A stretch of DNA of 64,000 nucleotides from Candidatus Spongiisociaceae bacterium (GCA_965262915.1 OZ253564.1:576001-640000), one strand, 5' to 3'. Positions 10,695 to 20,719 are shown, counted from the first letter of the stretch. Translations and numbers: made by a program. The notes: generated by a model from the letters alone, not told the origin.

Positions 10695-10940
10695 CTAGTG
10701 ATAGTTGGTGGTCATGAGGAAACCGATCCCCATGCATCCCAATCCGGCCATTAGCAGCCATGATGGCGTATCGAGGATGTAACGGGTCACGACCATCAGC
10801 ACGCCGAGAGCCATGAGGCCGAACATGGCGGCGACGTAGATCTTCGGTGACTGCTTGGCTCGCTTCCCCCCGGACGCGCTCTTGGGAGGTGTCGGACGGC
10901 GCACCGTTTTGGCCTTGCGGCGTCCCTTCGATTGAGGCAT
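10695..10940 (-). CDS. crgA: Cell division protein CrgA
   Basis: MPQSKGRRK basic N-terminus, SP..Y...MFGLM.LG, two TM helices, ends GFLMTTNYH; canonical position next to trpG and pknB. Confidence 0.9.
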   Translation of the reverse strand: MPQSKGRRKAKTVRRPTPPKSASGGKRAKQSPKIYVAAMFGLMALGVLMVVTRYILDTPSWLLMAGLGCMGIGFLMTTNYH

Positions 10941-11036
10941 GGTCGGAAGGCTAACCGGTTTGGGACCCTCATGCGCAACACGGAGCCTCCGGACCGGCTA
11001 CCGGCCGGCCGCCGGTCCGGTAACCTCGGAGGCATC

Positions 11037-11612
11037 ATGCGGGTTCTGGTGCTCGACAACTACGACAGCTTCACCTTCAACCTGGTGCAGTACCTGGGCG
11101 AGCTCGGAGCGGATCCCACCGTGGTGCGGAACGATCAGCTGGATGTGGAGGCGGCGTTCGCACTGGAACCGGACCGGTTGGTGATCTCACCGGGCCCGGG
11201 CCGCCCCGAGGATGCCGGTTACTCCGTCGCCTATATCGAGCGGTTCGCCGGAACGGTGCCCATCCTCGGCGTGTGCCTCGGTCACCAGGCCATAGTCACC
11301 GCCTTCGGAGGACGGGTGGACCTGGCGCCGCGTGTCATGCACGGTAAGACCTCGTCGGTCAGGCACGACGGCAAGGGGATGTTCGCCCGGCTCAGCAACC
11401 CCTTCGTCGCCACCCGCTACCACTCGCTGGCGGCGGTCCGGCTACCGGACGTGCTGGAGCCGTGTGCCTGGAGTGAGGATGATGTGGTGCAGGGGGTGCG
11501 GCACCGGGATCTCGACATCCACGGTGTGCAGTTCCACCCCGAGAGTGTGCTCACCATCGAAGGCATGGTGTTGCTCGAGAACTTCCTGCAGCCGGCCGAC
11601 GCCGACCGGTGA
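11037..11612 (+). CDS. trpG: Anthranilate/aminodeoxychorismate synthase component II (glutamine amidotransferase, TrpG/PabA)
   Basis: LDNYDSFTFNL, ISPGPG, GVCLGHQ, RYHSL, QFHPES. Confidence 0.93.
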   Translation: MRVLVLDNYDSFTFNLVQYLGELGADPTVVRNDQLDVEAAFALEPDRLVISPGPGRPEDAGYSVAYIERFAGTVPILGVCLGHQAIVTAFGGRVDLAPRVMHGKTSSVRHDGKGMFARLSNPFVATRYHSLAAVRLPDVLEPCAWSEDDVVQGVRHRDLDIHGVQFHPESVLTIEGMVLLENFLQPADADR

Positions 11613-11638
11613 CGCGGGCCCGCCACCGCCCCGCCGGG

Positions 11639-12508
11639 TCAGTCACCCTGGTGCAGGTCAGTCGGGTCGGACTCCACGTGGATCGACCGGGTGTGGGCGT
11701 GGTGCGGGTCCGCCGGTGCATGGTGCGGGTCGTCGAGGAGCAGGTGGGTGCCCTCCACGTTCAGCAGCCCTGCGCCGTACGCCTCGGTGAGGTGGGAGGC
11801 CCGGAGTACTTCGGAGGGAGGCCCGCTGGTCACCACCCGGCCCGCCAGCAGGACCACATGGTCGGCCCCCCAGGCCTCGTCGAGGTCGTGGGTGGTGAGA
11901 ACCACGGTGCAGCCGCGGGCGTGCTCGTCGCGGACCGTTTCCCTGATCGCCTGGATGGAGACCAGGTCGAGGCCGGTGGCCGGCTCGTCGAGGAGCAGGA
12001 TGTCGTGATCCTGTACCAGGCCTTGTGCCAGCAGCACGCGGTGCCGTTCCCCGCCGGAGAGGCGGGAGAGGTGGCGCTTGGCCAGGTGGTTTATCTCGGT
12101 TCGCTCCATCACCTCGTCCACCAACCGGCGATCCAGCCGGGAGAGGGGGCGCAAGGGTCCCTTCCCGGGATAGCGGCCCATGCTCACCACCTCGCGCACC
12201 GTGACGGGTAAGGACTGGTTGATCTTCGTATCCTGGAGGACGTAGGCGATCCGGTAAGGACGGCCGTTCGCCTTGCCCAAGGTCACCCGGCCCGAGGCGG
12301 GCGTCACCAGACCGGCTATCCCGTTGAGCAGCGTCGACTTGCCGGCTCCGTTAGGACCGATGAGGATGGTGACGGTTCCCGCCGGTACGACGAGGCTGGA
12401 GCGGTCGAGGACCAGGCGAGTTCCGTAGCGGAACACGGCATCGGTTATCGTCACCGCCGGCTCCCGATCACCGTCGGAATCCGGCAGCGGGTGGTGGACT
12501 CTGCTCAT
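11639..12508 (-). CDS. Metal (Zn/Mn) ABC transporter ATP-binding protein with His-rich tail
   Basis: GPNGAGKST, LSGGE, LLLDEPATGLD, TTHDL; C-terminal DDPHHAPADPHHAHTRSIH. Confidence 0.88.
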   Translation of the reverse strand: MSRVHHPLPDSDGDREPAVTITDAVFRYGTRLVLDRSSLVVPAGTVTILIGPNGAGKSTLLNGIAGLVTPASGRVTLGKANGRPYRIAYVLQDTKINQSLPVTVREVVSMGRYPGKGPLRPLSRLDRRLVDEVMERTEINHLAKRHLSRLSGGERHRVLLAQGLVQDHDILLLDEPATGLDLVSIQAIRETVRDEHARGCTVVLTTHDLDEAWGADHVVLLAGRVVTSGPPSEVLRASHLTEAYGAGLLNVEGTHLLLDDPHHAPADPHHAHTRSIHVESDPTDLHQGD

Positions 12509-14652
12509 CCCGTGTCTCCCGTGCTCTCGTCCTCGTTCCCGTCGTCGTTCTCGGGCTCGTCCACGGGGGCCCTGTACTTCCCGAGGACCGCCAGGACGGT
12601 TTCGCCCTCGAGCAGCTCGTCGCCCGGCTTCGGGGCTTGCCGAGCGACCCTTCCATCGAGTTCCGGCTCGGATACGGTAGCCGGCGAGATCGCCACCTCC
12701 AGGAGCAGTCCCCGCGCGGCCAGGGTCGCCTCCGCCTCGTCCTCGGTGGCCCCGGTGAGATCGGGTACCGCCACGTACCGCGGACCGATGGACTCGACGA
12801 CGGTGACCCGATCACCCAGGTCAATCGCGGTCCCGCCGGGCGGTTCGGTCCGGATCACGATCCCGGCGGCGACCTCGGAGCTGTTCTCCTGGTGGATCAC
12901 CGCCTCGAGGCCCAGTTCCTCGAGGCGGCTGGTTACCTCCCCGAGCGGCCGGCCGGACAGTTCCTCGAGTTCGACCCGGTCCGGAGCTTCGGACACCACG
13001 ATCTGTACCGTCCTCCCCGGGTTGATCTCGGAGCCGGCGGAGGGGGTCTGGCTGATCACGATGCCCCCTTCCACGTCGTTGTCGACGACGGTGCTGGTCT
13101 CCACGTCCAGCTCCAGGCCCTCCAGCAGCCCCTCGGCCCTGTCCCGAGTCCAGCCGATCACCCGCGGCATCTCTATAGGTTCCGGGCCGGCCGACACCAG
13201 CACTTCTACCGTGGATCCGCGGGGCGCGCCGGATTCTCCGGGCGGTGCCTGGCTGATCACCCGGCCCGCCCCCACCGACTCGTCGCGCGCCGTGAGGACC
13301 ACGACCACGAACCCCTGGCCCTCGAGCCGTCCCTTGGCCCGTTCCTCGGTGAATCCCACCACCGGGGGCACCAGAACGGGAGTGGGCCCGGCGGAGACCA
13401 CCATGGTCACGAACAAATCATCGGCCGGGTCCCCTGCCTCCGGGTCGGTGCGGATCACCGTTCCCGGCTCCAGGTCGCTCGCCTCGTTCACGGGCGTGAC
13501 CCGGAGCCCGGCATCCTGGAGCACCTGGCGGGCCAAGTCCTGCGGTCTCCCCACCACGTTCGGCACCTCGATGGTGGTGACCGGGGGGGACGTGGTGGGG
13601 GTCGTCGTCTCGGGCCTGAAGACGGAGAGCAGGTAGTAGACCCCGATCACCACCCCGGCGGCCAGCGCGATCGAGGTGATGACGAAAGGTAGTTGCGACG
13701 GCTGGCGGGGAGTGGCGTGCAACCTGCGGTACACCTCGTCGGGGGTGACGGTCGGCGGCGGGAGATCGGTTCTGCGGGAGACCTGGGCGGGGACGGGGGG
13801 CGGTTGGGCCGGCGCGGCCGACTGGAAGGTCCTTCCCTGCAGGAACAGCAGGAGGTCGCGGCGTATCCCGGCGGCTGACCTGTAGCGCCGGGCGGGGTCC
13901 TTCTCGAGGCTCCGCATCACGATGTTCTCGAGTTCGATCGGAACGTCGGGGTTGAGCCGCCCCGGAGGGGGAACCCCGGCCGTCACGTGCTGGTAGGCCA
14001 CCGAGACGGGCGTCTCCCCGCTGAACGGCGGGCGTCCCACCAGCATCTCGTAGAGCACCACCCCGAGGCTGTAGATGTCGGAGCGCTCGTCGGCCGGGTC
14101 GCCCCGGGCCTGCTCGGGGCTGAAGTAGCTGGCCGTACCGATCACGGAGCCGGCCTTGGTCAGGTCGTGGGAGTCGTCCCAGGCGCGGGCCACCCCGAAG
14201 TCGGTGACCTTGACCGTGCCGTCCGCCGCCAGCAGGACGTTGCCGGGTTTGATGTCGCGGTGGATCACGCGGTTGCGATGAGCCACCTCGAGGGCCGAGG
14301 CGACCTCGGCAGCGATTTCGGCCGCCCGCCGGGGGAGGAGACTCCCCTCGGACCTGACCACGTCCCGGAGCGACCGGCCCTTGATCAGCTCCATCACGAT
14401 GAAGTAGGTGCCGTCCTTCTCGCCCCAGTCGTAGATCGAAACGATGTTGGGGTGGCTGAGGTTGGCGGCCGCCTGGGCTTCCTTGCGGAACCGGGCCACG
14501 AAGGTGTCGGTATCGGCGTAGCGCTGGTGCAGGATCTTCACCGCCACCCGCCGGTCCAGCATCCGGTCGGTGGCCTCGAACACGTCCGCCATGCCGCCGC
14601 GCGCGATGTGCGCGGTCAACTCGTACCGCCCGAGTGATTGCGATGACTCCAT
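12505..14652 (-). CDS. pknB: PASTA-domain Ser/Thr kinase PknB (5 PASTA repeats)
   Basis: IARGGMADV, VAVK, HRDIKPGN, DFG, YFSPEQ, one TM helix and five V.VP.V.G-type PASTA repeats; start taken at ATG 14652. Confidence 0.95.
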   Translation of the reverse strand: MESSQSLGRYELTAHIARGGMADVFEATDRMLDRRVAVKILHQRYADTDTFVARFRKEAQAAANLSHPNIVSIYDWGEKDGTYFIVMELIKGRSLRDVVRSEGSLLPRRAAEIAAEVASALEVAHRNRVIHRDIKPGNVLLAADGTVKVTDFGVARAWDDSHDLTKAGSVIGTASYFSPEQARGDPADERSDIYSLGVVLYEMLVGRPPFSGETPVSVAYQHVTAGVPPPGRLNPDVPIELENIVMRSLEKDPARRYRSAAGIRRDLLLFLQGRTFQSAAPAQPPPVPAQVSRRTDLPPPTVTPDEVYRRLHATPRQPSQLPFVITSIALAAGVVIGVYYLLSVFRPETTTPTTSPPVTTIEVPNVVGRPQDLARQVLQDAGLRVTPVNEASDLEPGTVIRTDPEAGDPADDLFVTMVVSAGPTPVLVPPVVGFTEERAKGRLEGQGFVVVVLTARDESVGAGRVISQAPPGESGAPRGSTVEVLVSAGPEPIEMPRVIGWTRDRAEGLLEGLELDVETSTVVDNDVEGGIVISQTPSAGSEINPGRTVQIVVSEAPDRVELEELSGRPLGEVTSRLEELGLEAVIHQENSSEVAAGIVIRTEPPGGTAIDLGDRVTVVESIGPRYVAVPDLTGATEDEAEATLAARGLLLEVAISPATVSEPELDGRVARQAPKPGDELLEGETVLAVLGKYRAPVDEPENDDGNEDESTGDTG

Positions 14653-14902
14653 GGGTGACCCCGAATCTAGTGGGATGTCTGTGAAATGGCGTCGCCGCAT
14701 GCAAGCAGGACACGGCAAGTTGTCCTGCGAGCAGACCACTGGTTGGGAACGTCCCGGAAGTGGCGCGGCGTCGGGCCACCGCGGGTCGCGGCCCGACGCC
14801 GCCCCGCAGCCATCGCTCTCCTGGGAGGGTGGTCGCAAACCCCCCGTCGGCAGGACGGTCGATGACAGGAGGCCACGTCAGCGGACGGCGGACCAACCAC
14901 AG

Positions 14903-16045
14903 TCACCGTTCCTGACCACCCTCCTGATCCTGGTGGTCCAACCACGCGGCTATCACGGCGCGGCCGATCGAGGCGGCCTCGGAGGCCCCCGTGGCGTTTG
15001 CTCCGGTTTCCGTCATCGGCTCCACCACGACCGCCACCACTATGAGCGGCTCGCCGGCCGGCACGTATCCGGAGAACCAGACCTGCCGCCGACCGGTCGG
15101 CCCGGCGCCGCCGCCGGTCTCGCCGGCGCCCCGCACCTCACCCAACCGGGCGCTGTGGATCGCCAGCTGCTCCATCCGGTCGGCCAGGACGGCGGCATCG
15201 GCCGTGCTGATCGGCTCGCTATGGAGGACCGGAACGGTCTCGGATTCCAGGTTGGAATCGCCGTCGAACACCCTGGCTACCAGGTAGGGCGTCATCACCC
15301 GGCCCTCACGGGCGATCGCCGCGGTCCTCAGCGCGATCTCCAGAGCCGTGCTCGCGCCCGGTGCCGGATCCGGGCCGGGCAGGACGGGATCCTCGGGTAG
15401 GGGCTCCCCGGGGAGGGACCTCCCGGTGGCGCGGTTCTCGAGGGGCCGGGCGACATCCTCCTCGAGCGCCTCCCAGGCCGGGTCGGTATCCACGCCGATC
15501 AGGGAGTTGGGATCGAAGGTGGGTGAGCTGGCCATCGCCAGTATCTGGCCGGAGGCCGGTTCGAGTGCGACCACGGCCCCCCGCCGGTCGCCGAGGGCCC
15601 GGGCGGCGGTCTCCTGGAGACGGTGGTTCAGCGTGAGTTGGAGGGAGCGGGCCCGCAGGTCTTGGCCGAGGAGGGCGTTGATGATGCTCGAGACGGTCAG
15701 GTCGCGCCCCGATGTGAGCTTGGTGGCGTAGGAGGCCTCGATCCCGCTGTCGCCGAAGAGCAGCGACGAGAACCCGACGGTATGGGCGTAGAGGGATCCG
15801 TGGGGATATTCCCTCACGTAGTAACGGGGATCGGAGGGATCCGGCACGGACCGGGCCAGCACCTCGGTGTCGGCGGAGATTATCTGGCCCCTCTGGCGAC
15901 CGGATCGGGTGAGCATCACCCGGGAGTTGCGGGGGTCTTCCCGCAGGCCCTCGGCGGCGATGGTCTGCCAGTAGGTGACATCCAGGGCCAGCACCAGGAA
16001 GGCGATGAACAGGCAGAGGGAGACGCGCCGCATCGGGCCGTTCAT
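14903..16045 (-). CDS. pbpA: PbpA-like class B penicillin-binding protein, internally deleted and lacking catalytic motifs
   Basis: N-terminal half is typical (RGQII, REYPHGSLYAHTVGF, GIEASY, GAVVALEPASGQILAMASSPTFDPN, LENRA), but SxxK and SxN are absent and KTG reads ETG; 380 aa. Confidence 0.85.
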   Translation of the reverse strand: MNGPMRRVSLCLFIAFLVLALDVTYWQTIAAEGLREDPRNSRVMLTRSGRQRGQIISADTEVLARSVPDPSDPRYYVREYPHGSLYAHTVGFSSLLFGDSGIEASYATKLTSGRDLTVSSIINALLGQDLRARSLQLTLNHRLQETAARALGDRRGAVVALEPASGQILAMASSPTFDPNSLIGVDTDPAWEALEEDVARPLENRATGRSLPGEPLPEDPVLPGPDPAPGASTALEIALRTAAIAREGRVMTPYLVARVFDGDSNLESETVPVLHSEPISTADAAVLADRMEQLAIHSARLGEVRGAGETGGGAGPTGRRQVWFSGYVPAGEPLIVVAVVVEPMTETGANATGASEAASIGRAVIAAWLDHQDQEGGQER

Positions 16046-17334
16046 GCGCGTTCCTCGTGGCTCACCCGGGCGAGGAGGGCGAGGAGCAGGAAGCCGGCGG
16101 CCAGCGAGAAGGCGCCGTACGACATCAGGGGGGTGGGCATGCCCGTGGCCGGGAGCAGGCGGACAACCCCGGCTACTACGAGGACGGTCTGCAGACCGAG
16201 CACCAGCGACAGGCCGGCGGCCAGAAGCTTGCGGAACAGGTCCCGGGTTCGCAGGGCGATGCCGAAGCCGGTCGCCACCAGGAGGCCGTAGGCGGCCAGG
16301 ACCACGATGGAGCCCGCCAGGCCCAGTTCCTCCGCCACGGCGGCGAAAGCGAAGCCGGTGTCCGCTGCCGGGATCAGGTCGGGCCGGCCCAGCCCGAGGC
16401 CCGTTCCGGAGAGGCTCCCGGCGCCCAGAGCGAACAGACCCTGGACGATCTGGTAGCCGGCTCCCTCGTAGTGGGACCACGGGCGTAACCAGGCGGAGAT
16501 GCGGGGCTGGACGGAAGGGGACAGCAAGTAGGCGAGCGCCGCGCCGAAGACGAACAGTCCCAGCCCGGTGGCCAGGTAGGAAGGGCGGTTGGTGGCCATG
16601 TACAGCATGACCAGAAACACCCCGAACAGCAGGAGGGAGGCGCTGAGATCCCGCAGGTACACCAGCACGCCGAGACTCGCCACCCAGGCCACACCGATCG
16701 GTACCAGCCCGCGCGGATCCGGAAACCGGAGCTTTCCGAACTTCGGACCGGCCGCGCTCAGGGCCGTCTGATGCTCGGCCAGGTACCAGGCGAGGAAGAC
16801 CACCAGCAGCAACTTGGCTATCTCGCCGGGCTGGAGAGCCGTGTACGTGCTCCCCTGCCACCCGATCCAGAGCCGCGATCCGTTCATCTCCACCCCTTGC
16901 ACGGGGAAGGATCCGCCGGACGGGAGCAGCGGGAGCGCCGCCAGCACCGCCGCGGCGATGAGAATCCCGTATCGGTGGCGCCGGAGCGTGTCGAGACCCT
17001 TGGTCCGGACTGAATAGAGCCAGAGCGCCGCCAGCCCGGCGGTCACCAGGAGCCACCAGCGCTGGAGACCGGCCAGGTCCTTGTCGAGCCGGTAGATGAC
17101 CACGAAACCCACCGCCGTGATGGTTGCTCCCAGCGGGATGAGGAAAGGTACCGCCCGCGATGCCCAGGCGCGCACCGCGGCCAGGAGACCGCCGAATACC
17201 GCCGCGAAGACCAGGAAGGTCACGACCGGCCAGGCGTCGAGGTTCCTTCCCTCTGCGTAGTTGACCAGCAGAACGCCGAAACCCGCCAGTGCCGCCGCCG
17301 CCAATACGAGGACGGCCTCGGCGGTGCGGCTCAC
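16042..17334 (-). CDS. rodA: RodA/FtsW (SEDS) family protein with degenerate active-site motif
   Basis: Multi-TM; RLWI, LQPGEIAK, YQIVQGL..LG.G...GTGLGLG, EELG; the TDF motif reads TGF. Start uncertain (GTG 17334). Confidence 0.9.
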   Translation of the reverse strand: MSRTAEAVLVLAAAALAGFGVLLVNYAEGRNLDAWPVVTFLVFAAVFGGLLAAVRAWASRAVPFLIPLGATITAVGFVVIYRLDKDLAGLQRWWLLVTAGLAALWLYSVRTKGLDTLRRHRYGILIAAAVLAALPLLPSGGSFPVQGVEMNGSRLWIGWQGSTYTALQPGEIAKLLLVVFLAWYLAEHQTALSAAGPKFGKLRFPDPRGLVPIGVAWVASLGVLVYLRDLSASLLLFGVFLVMLYMATNRPSYLATGLGLFVFGAALAYLLSPSVQPRISAWLRPWSHYEGAGYQIVQGLFALGAGSLSGTGLGLGRPDLIPAADTGFAFAAVAEELGLAGSIVVLAAYGLLVATGFGIALRTRDLFRKLLAAGLSLVLGLQTVLVVAGVVRLLPATGMPTPLMSYGAFSLAAGFLLLALLARVSHEERA

Positions 17335-17416
17335 CGCGGCGAGCGGACCGGCGGCCGGGTCGTGGCCCGCCGTGCGGTGGAGTCCCGACCGGCTGTGAGC
17401 GGATCGGGGGCGGTCG

Positions 17417-18169
17417 TCATCGTCCGGCCTCCTCCGGCGTCCCGCCCTCGCCTTCGTCGATGCTCCTGTTGACCAGGACGACCACCGCCGACACGTTGTC
17501 GTGCCCGCCGGCATGGTTGGCCGCTTCGATCAACCCCCACACGGCGTCGGAGGGTGGTCCCTCCCCGAGGATGGCGGCTATCCGGTCGTCGGTCAGCATC
17601 GAGGTGAGGCCGTCCGAGCACAGGAGCAACCGGTCGCCGACCGCCAGGTTGGCGCTCCCGATGTCGACGGGGAGATCCTGGCCGAAGCCCAACGCCCGGG
17701 TCAGGTGGTGACGTTTCGGGTGTTGCCGGGCTTCCTCCTCGGTCAGGCGACCGGCGTCGACCTCCTCCTGGACGTAGGAGTGGTCGACGGTCAGCCGGGT
17801 GAGCTTGCCGGCGCGCAGCAGGTAGGCGCGGGTGTCCCCGACGTGTCCGAGGGCTACGCTGCCCGCCGGGCTCAGCTGGGCCATAGTGAGGGTGGTGCCC
17901 ATACCGACCAGATGGGGCTGCTGGAGCACGGCATCGAGGATGGCCGTGTTGGCCGCCCTGACCCGGAACCACGGAGCGCCTCCGGCAGCCACGGCGCTGT
18001 CCATCGCGATCCGGCTGGCCACCTCCCCGTCACGGTGACCGCCGAGGCCGTCGGCCACCGCTACGAGGACAGGTTCGGAGCTGTAGCCGTCGTGCTCGGG
18101 ATGGATGACATCCTCGTTGTTCTTCCGCATCCGGCCGCCGTGCGTCCCGGAGGCCCACACGAACTTCAT
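17417..18169 (-). CDS. pstP: PP2C-family Ser/Thr phosphatase (PstP-like, no TM or extracellular part)
   Basis: R.NNED, VADGLGGH..GEVAS, HVGDTRAY, LCSDGL, GGHDNVS. Confidence 0.92.
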   Translation of the reverse strand: MKFVWASGTHGGRMRKNNEDVIHPEHDGYSSEPVLVAVADGLGGHRDGEVASRIAMDSAVAAGGAPWFRVRAANTAILDAVLQQPHLVGMGTTLTMAQLSPAGSVALGHVGDTRAYLLRAGKLTRLTVDHSYVQEEVDAGRLTEEEARQHPKRHHLTRALGFGQDLPVDIGSANLAVGDRLLLCSDGLTSMLTDDRIAAILGEGPPSDAVWGLIEAANHAGGHDNVSAVVVLVNRSIDEGEGGTPEEAGR

Positions 18170-18579
18170 ATCACCTCCATGACTGTCTTGCCGACCTGAA
18201 CGGAGTCACCTGTGTTGAGTTGCAAGGGAGCCGTCACCCGCTTGCCGTTGACATAGGTGCCGTTGGTGCTGTCGAGGTCGTGGAGCGAGAGGATTCCGGT
18301 GTCGATGACCAGGCGCAGATGGAACTCGGAGGCGTAGGCGTCGTCGATGAGCACATCCGCCCCCTCGCTCCTTCCGAGGACCACCGGGTTGCGAACATCC
18401 ACCCGCAGGCCGGTCTGGGTGTCGCTGCGGACCACCGTCAGCCCCGATCCCGGGCGGATGCGAGCTCGGGGACGGCCCGTTCCCACGTGGGCGGCGATCG
18501 CCTTGGCGATCTGCCAGACGAACAGGTAGATGTAGGCCACAAAGATGAGCTTCAGCGAGACCAGGATGATGGCCGGCAT
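18166..18579 (-). CDS. fhaB: FHA-domain protein FhaB/FipA
   Basis: N-terminal TM helix, LGRS, D.YAS..H, DLDSTNGTYVNG. Confidence 0.9.
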   Translation of the reverse strand: MPAIILVSLKLIFVAYIYLFVWQIAKAIAAHVGTGRPRARIRPGSGLTVVRSDTQTGLRVDVRNPVVLGRSEGADVLIDDAYASEFHLRLVIDTGILSLHDLDSTNGTYVNGKRVTAPLQLNTGDSVQVGKTVMEVI

Positions 18580-18582
18580 CGC

Positions 18583-19254
18583 CTACAGGACCCTCAGCAG
18601 GTACCGCACCGTCCCGAAGGTCACCCGCGCCTCCGGCGCGACGGCGGTGGCATCCGGCGCCGGCTTACCCTCCACGAAGGTCCCGCCGGCCGAGCCCAGG
18701 TCGTGCACCCACACCCCCTCTCCCTCATACCAGACCAGGGCATGGTGGCGGCTCACCGAGTGGTGGGGGATCTCCACGTCGGTCTGCCCACCCCGCCCCA
18801 GCAGCGAACGGTTGAGGGTGATCTCGAGGGCCGGCCCCCGGCCCGTCAGCAGAGCCCACGCCGGGCGCCGCCCCTTCCTTTGCGATGCCCGCACCTCCGC
18901 CGTGCCCCTCTCCAGGGCGGGATCGGCCTCCACCCACACGCGCACCGGGCCTTCGAGCCGCCGGCCGCGCGCCATCGACATGGCCTCGGTCGCCACCTCC
19001 AGCTCGCGGGCCAGCCGTCGCGGGTTGGGCAGGCCGGCCAGGTCCCGCCGGTTGAGACGCAGGGCGAACCGGTTCGGGGCCACCGGCCCGTAGGGCCCCT
19101 GGCGGCAGGCCAGATCGGACTCACGGGTGATCTGGGCAGCTAGTTCGGCGGGGTGGATGCCACCTCTGAGAACCAGCCCCGCCGTCCCTACGGCTAGTTG
19201 AGCGAGTCTCATCTCGGATTCTTCCAAGTCCCGCACGAGCTTCACGCCCGGCAT
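18583..19254 (-). CDS. fhaA: FhaA (DUF3662 + FHA)
   Basis: IHPAELA, VAPNRF, LGRG...VSRHHA...DLGSAGGTFV; start uncertain (19212-19254). Confidence 0.82.
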   Translation of the reverse strand: MPGVKLVRDLEESEMRLAQLAVGTAGLVLRGGIHPAELAAQITRESDLACRQGPYGPVAPNRFALRLNRRDLAGLPNPRRLARELEVATEAMSMARGRRLEGPVRVWVEADPALERGTAEVRASQRKGRRPAWALLTGRGPALEITLNRSLLGRGGQTDVEIPHHSVSRHHALVWYEGEGVWVHDLGSAGGTFVEGKPAPDATAVAPEARVTFGTVRYLLRVL

Positions 19255-19592
19255 TCTACGCCACACCGCCGGTAATACCCCTGGACAGGACACCGGGTAT
19301 GGTCCCGGCCGGCGCCCGCCGGGTATCCCCCGTTTTTCAGCATTCTCCTAGTCGAGGACATCCGACCGGGAGGCACCCGCCCGGACAGGAGGGGAGACCG
19401 GTTCTCCGTATGCGGTCTCGACCCGCGGCCTACCGGCGGGCGACCGCCGCTACGGGCGGGCCGGGCGTTGATCCCCACCCGAACCGGGGAGGACGGGTTA
19501 CCGCGCTACCGGCCCGGCCCGCGCAGCAGAGCGCTGACCGACCCGGAAGGCGGCACCGGCCATCGGCGACCGTGCCGCGGGTCGCCGGTCTC

Positions 19593-20384
19593 TCAGTAGA
19601 GAGGCGAGCCCGGTCGGGCCGGTTCGCCCCCCCGGGCGTCGGCGATGGCCAGGTCGACGGCGACCCGGAAGGCGAGGATGTCCGTCACCACGGTGACCAT
19701 CCGGAACCCGCGGGCCAGGAGGTCGGCCGCGGTAGCCGGAGAGGCCTGTATGGCGGGTACCACGCCGTGGCGGTCGCAGGCCTCCACGATGTGGTCGAGC
19801 ATGGCCAGGAAGGGCTCGGCCTCGGTGCCCGGCCAGTACCCCATCGAGATGGCCAGGTCGGAAGGGCCGACGTAGGCGACGTCGATCCCGGGGACCGACA
19901 GGATGTTGTCGAGGTCGTCGATCGCCTCGAGCGTCTCGATCATCGGTACGCAGACGACTTCCTCGTTGGCCCGGTCGTAGTAATCGGAGCCTTCGACGGC
20001 GGCGGCCCGGGTCGCCCCGTAGCTGCGCTCGCCGACCGGCGGGTACCGGCACCCCGCAACCGCGGCGGTCGCCTCCTCGACCGAGTTGACCAGCGGGATG
20101 ATGACCCCGATGGCCCCTGCGTCGAGGGCGGTCGAGATGTTGGCGGCCGAGTTCTCCGGTACCCGGACGATGGGGGTGACACCTCCCAGGGCGATGGAAG
20201 GCAGCATGCGCACGACGTCGGAGTAGTCGATGAGCCCGTGCTGCATGTCGATACATACATAGTCGAGGTCGGCTGCAGCCGTGGACTCTGCGGTTAGCTG
20301 GCTGGGGATCGTAAGCCAACCGCCGATCGCGGGCTCGCCCGCTGCCCACCTGGCGCGGAGTGGATTAGGTCGCATAGCAGCCAT
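19593..20384 (-). CDS. HpcH/HpaI aldolase family protein
   Basis: IDMQHG, IVRVP, LDAGA.GVI.P, RYPP.G.RS.G, MIET, VGPSDL. Confidence 0.93.
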   Translation of the reverse strand: MAAMRPNPLRARWAAGEPAIGGWLTIPSQLTAESTAAADLDYVCIDMQHGLIDYSDVVRMLPSIALGGVTPIVRVPENSAANISTALDAGAIGVIIPLVNSVEEATAAVAGCRYPPVGERSYGATRAAAVEGSDYYDRANEEVVCVPMIETLEAIDDLDNILSVPGIDVAYVGPSDLAISMGYWPGTEAEPFLAMLDHIVEACDRHGVVPAIQASPATAADLLARGFRMVTVVTDILAFRVAVDLAIADARGGEPARPGSPLY

Positions 20385-20439
20385 GATGGCAGCCTGGTGG
20401 CCGAATACCTAGAGAAGACCGCTTGGCGTCGGCACTCTG

Positions 20440-20600
20440 TCTTGGAAACATACTCTGGTTCGCACTGGCCGGCGTGTAGCTGGCGATCGGGGCATGTGGT
20501 CGCCGACCTGCTTATGTTCACCATCATCGGTATTCCGGTCGCAGTAGCCCACTTCAGCTTGTGCGCCTCGCCTTCACCCCGTTCGGTATAGAGCTCAGGA
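20440..20600 (+). pseudogene. YccF-domain membrane protein remnant
   Basis: GHVVADLLMFTIIGIPVAVAHF then, after a frameshift, RLAFTPFGIEL; boundaries approximate. Confidence 0.6.
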
Positions 20601-20719
20601 ACGGGCCGTGCCCGTGCATGTCTCCCCGCTCGGAAACAGCATCGATCCCGACTTCCGCTACCACACTCGACCCATTGACGCCACGGCATTGCCGGTCTCG
20701 GCTGGATAGGGTTACGCGG

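Noticed and set aside
16046-17056. Long N-terminal extensions of the 717-aa PbpA ORF (and the 777-aa PknB ORF)
   Set aside because: The PbpA extension is an alternative frame over rodA and the PknB extension runs through intergenic DNA; family similarity starts at 16045 and 14652.
19300-19590. tRNA-Leu often found upstream of fhaA
   Set aside because: No cloverleaf or T-loop motif is visible.
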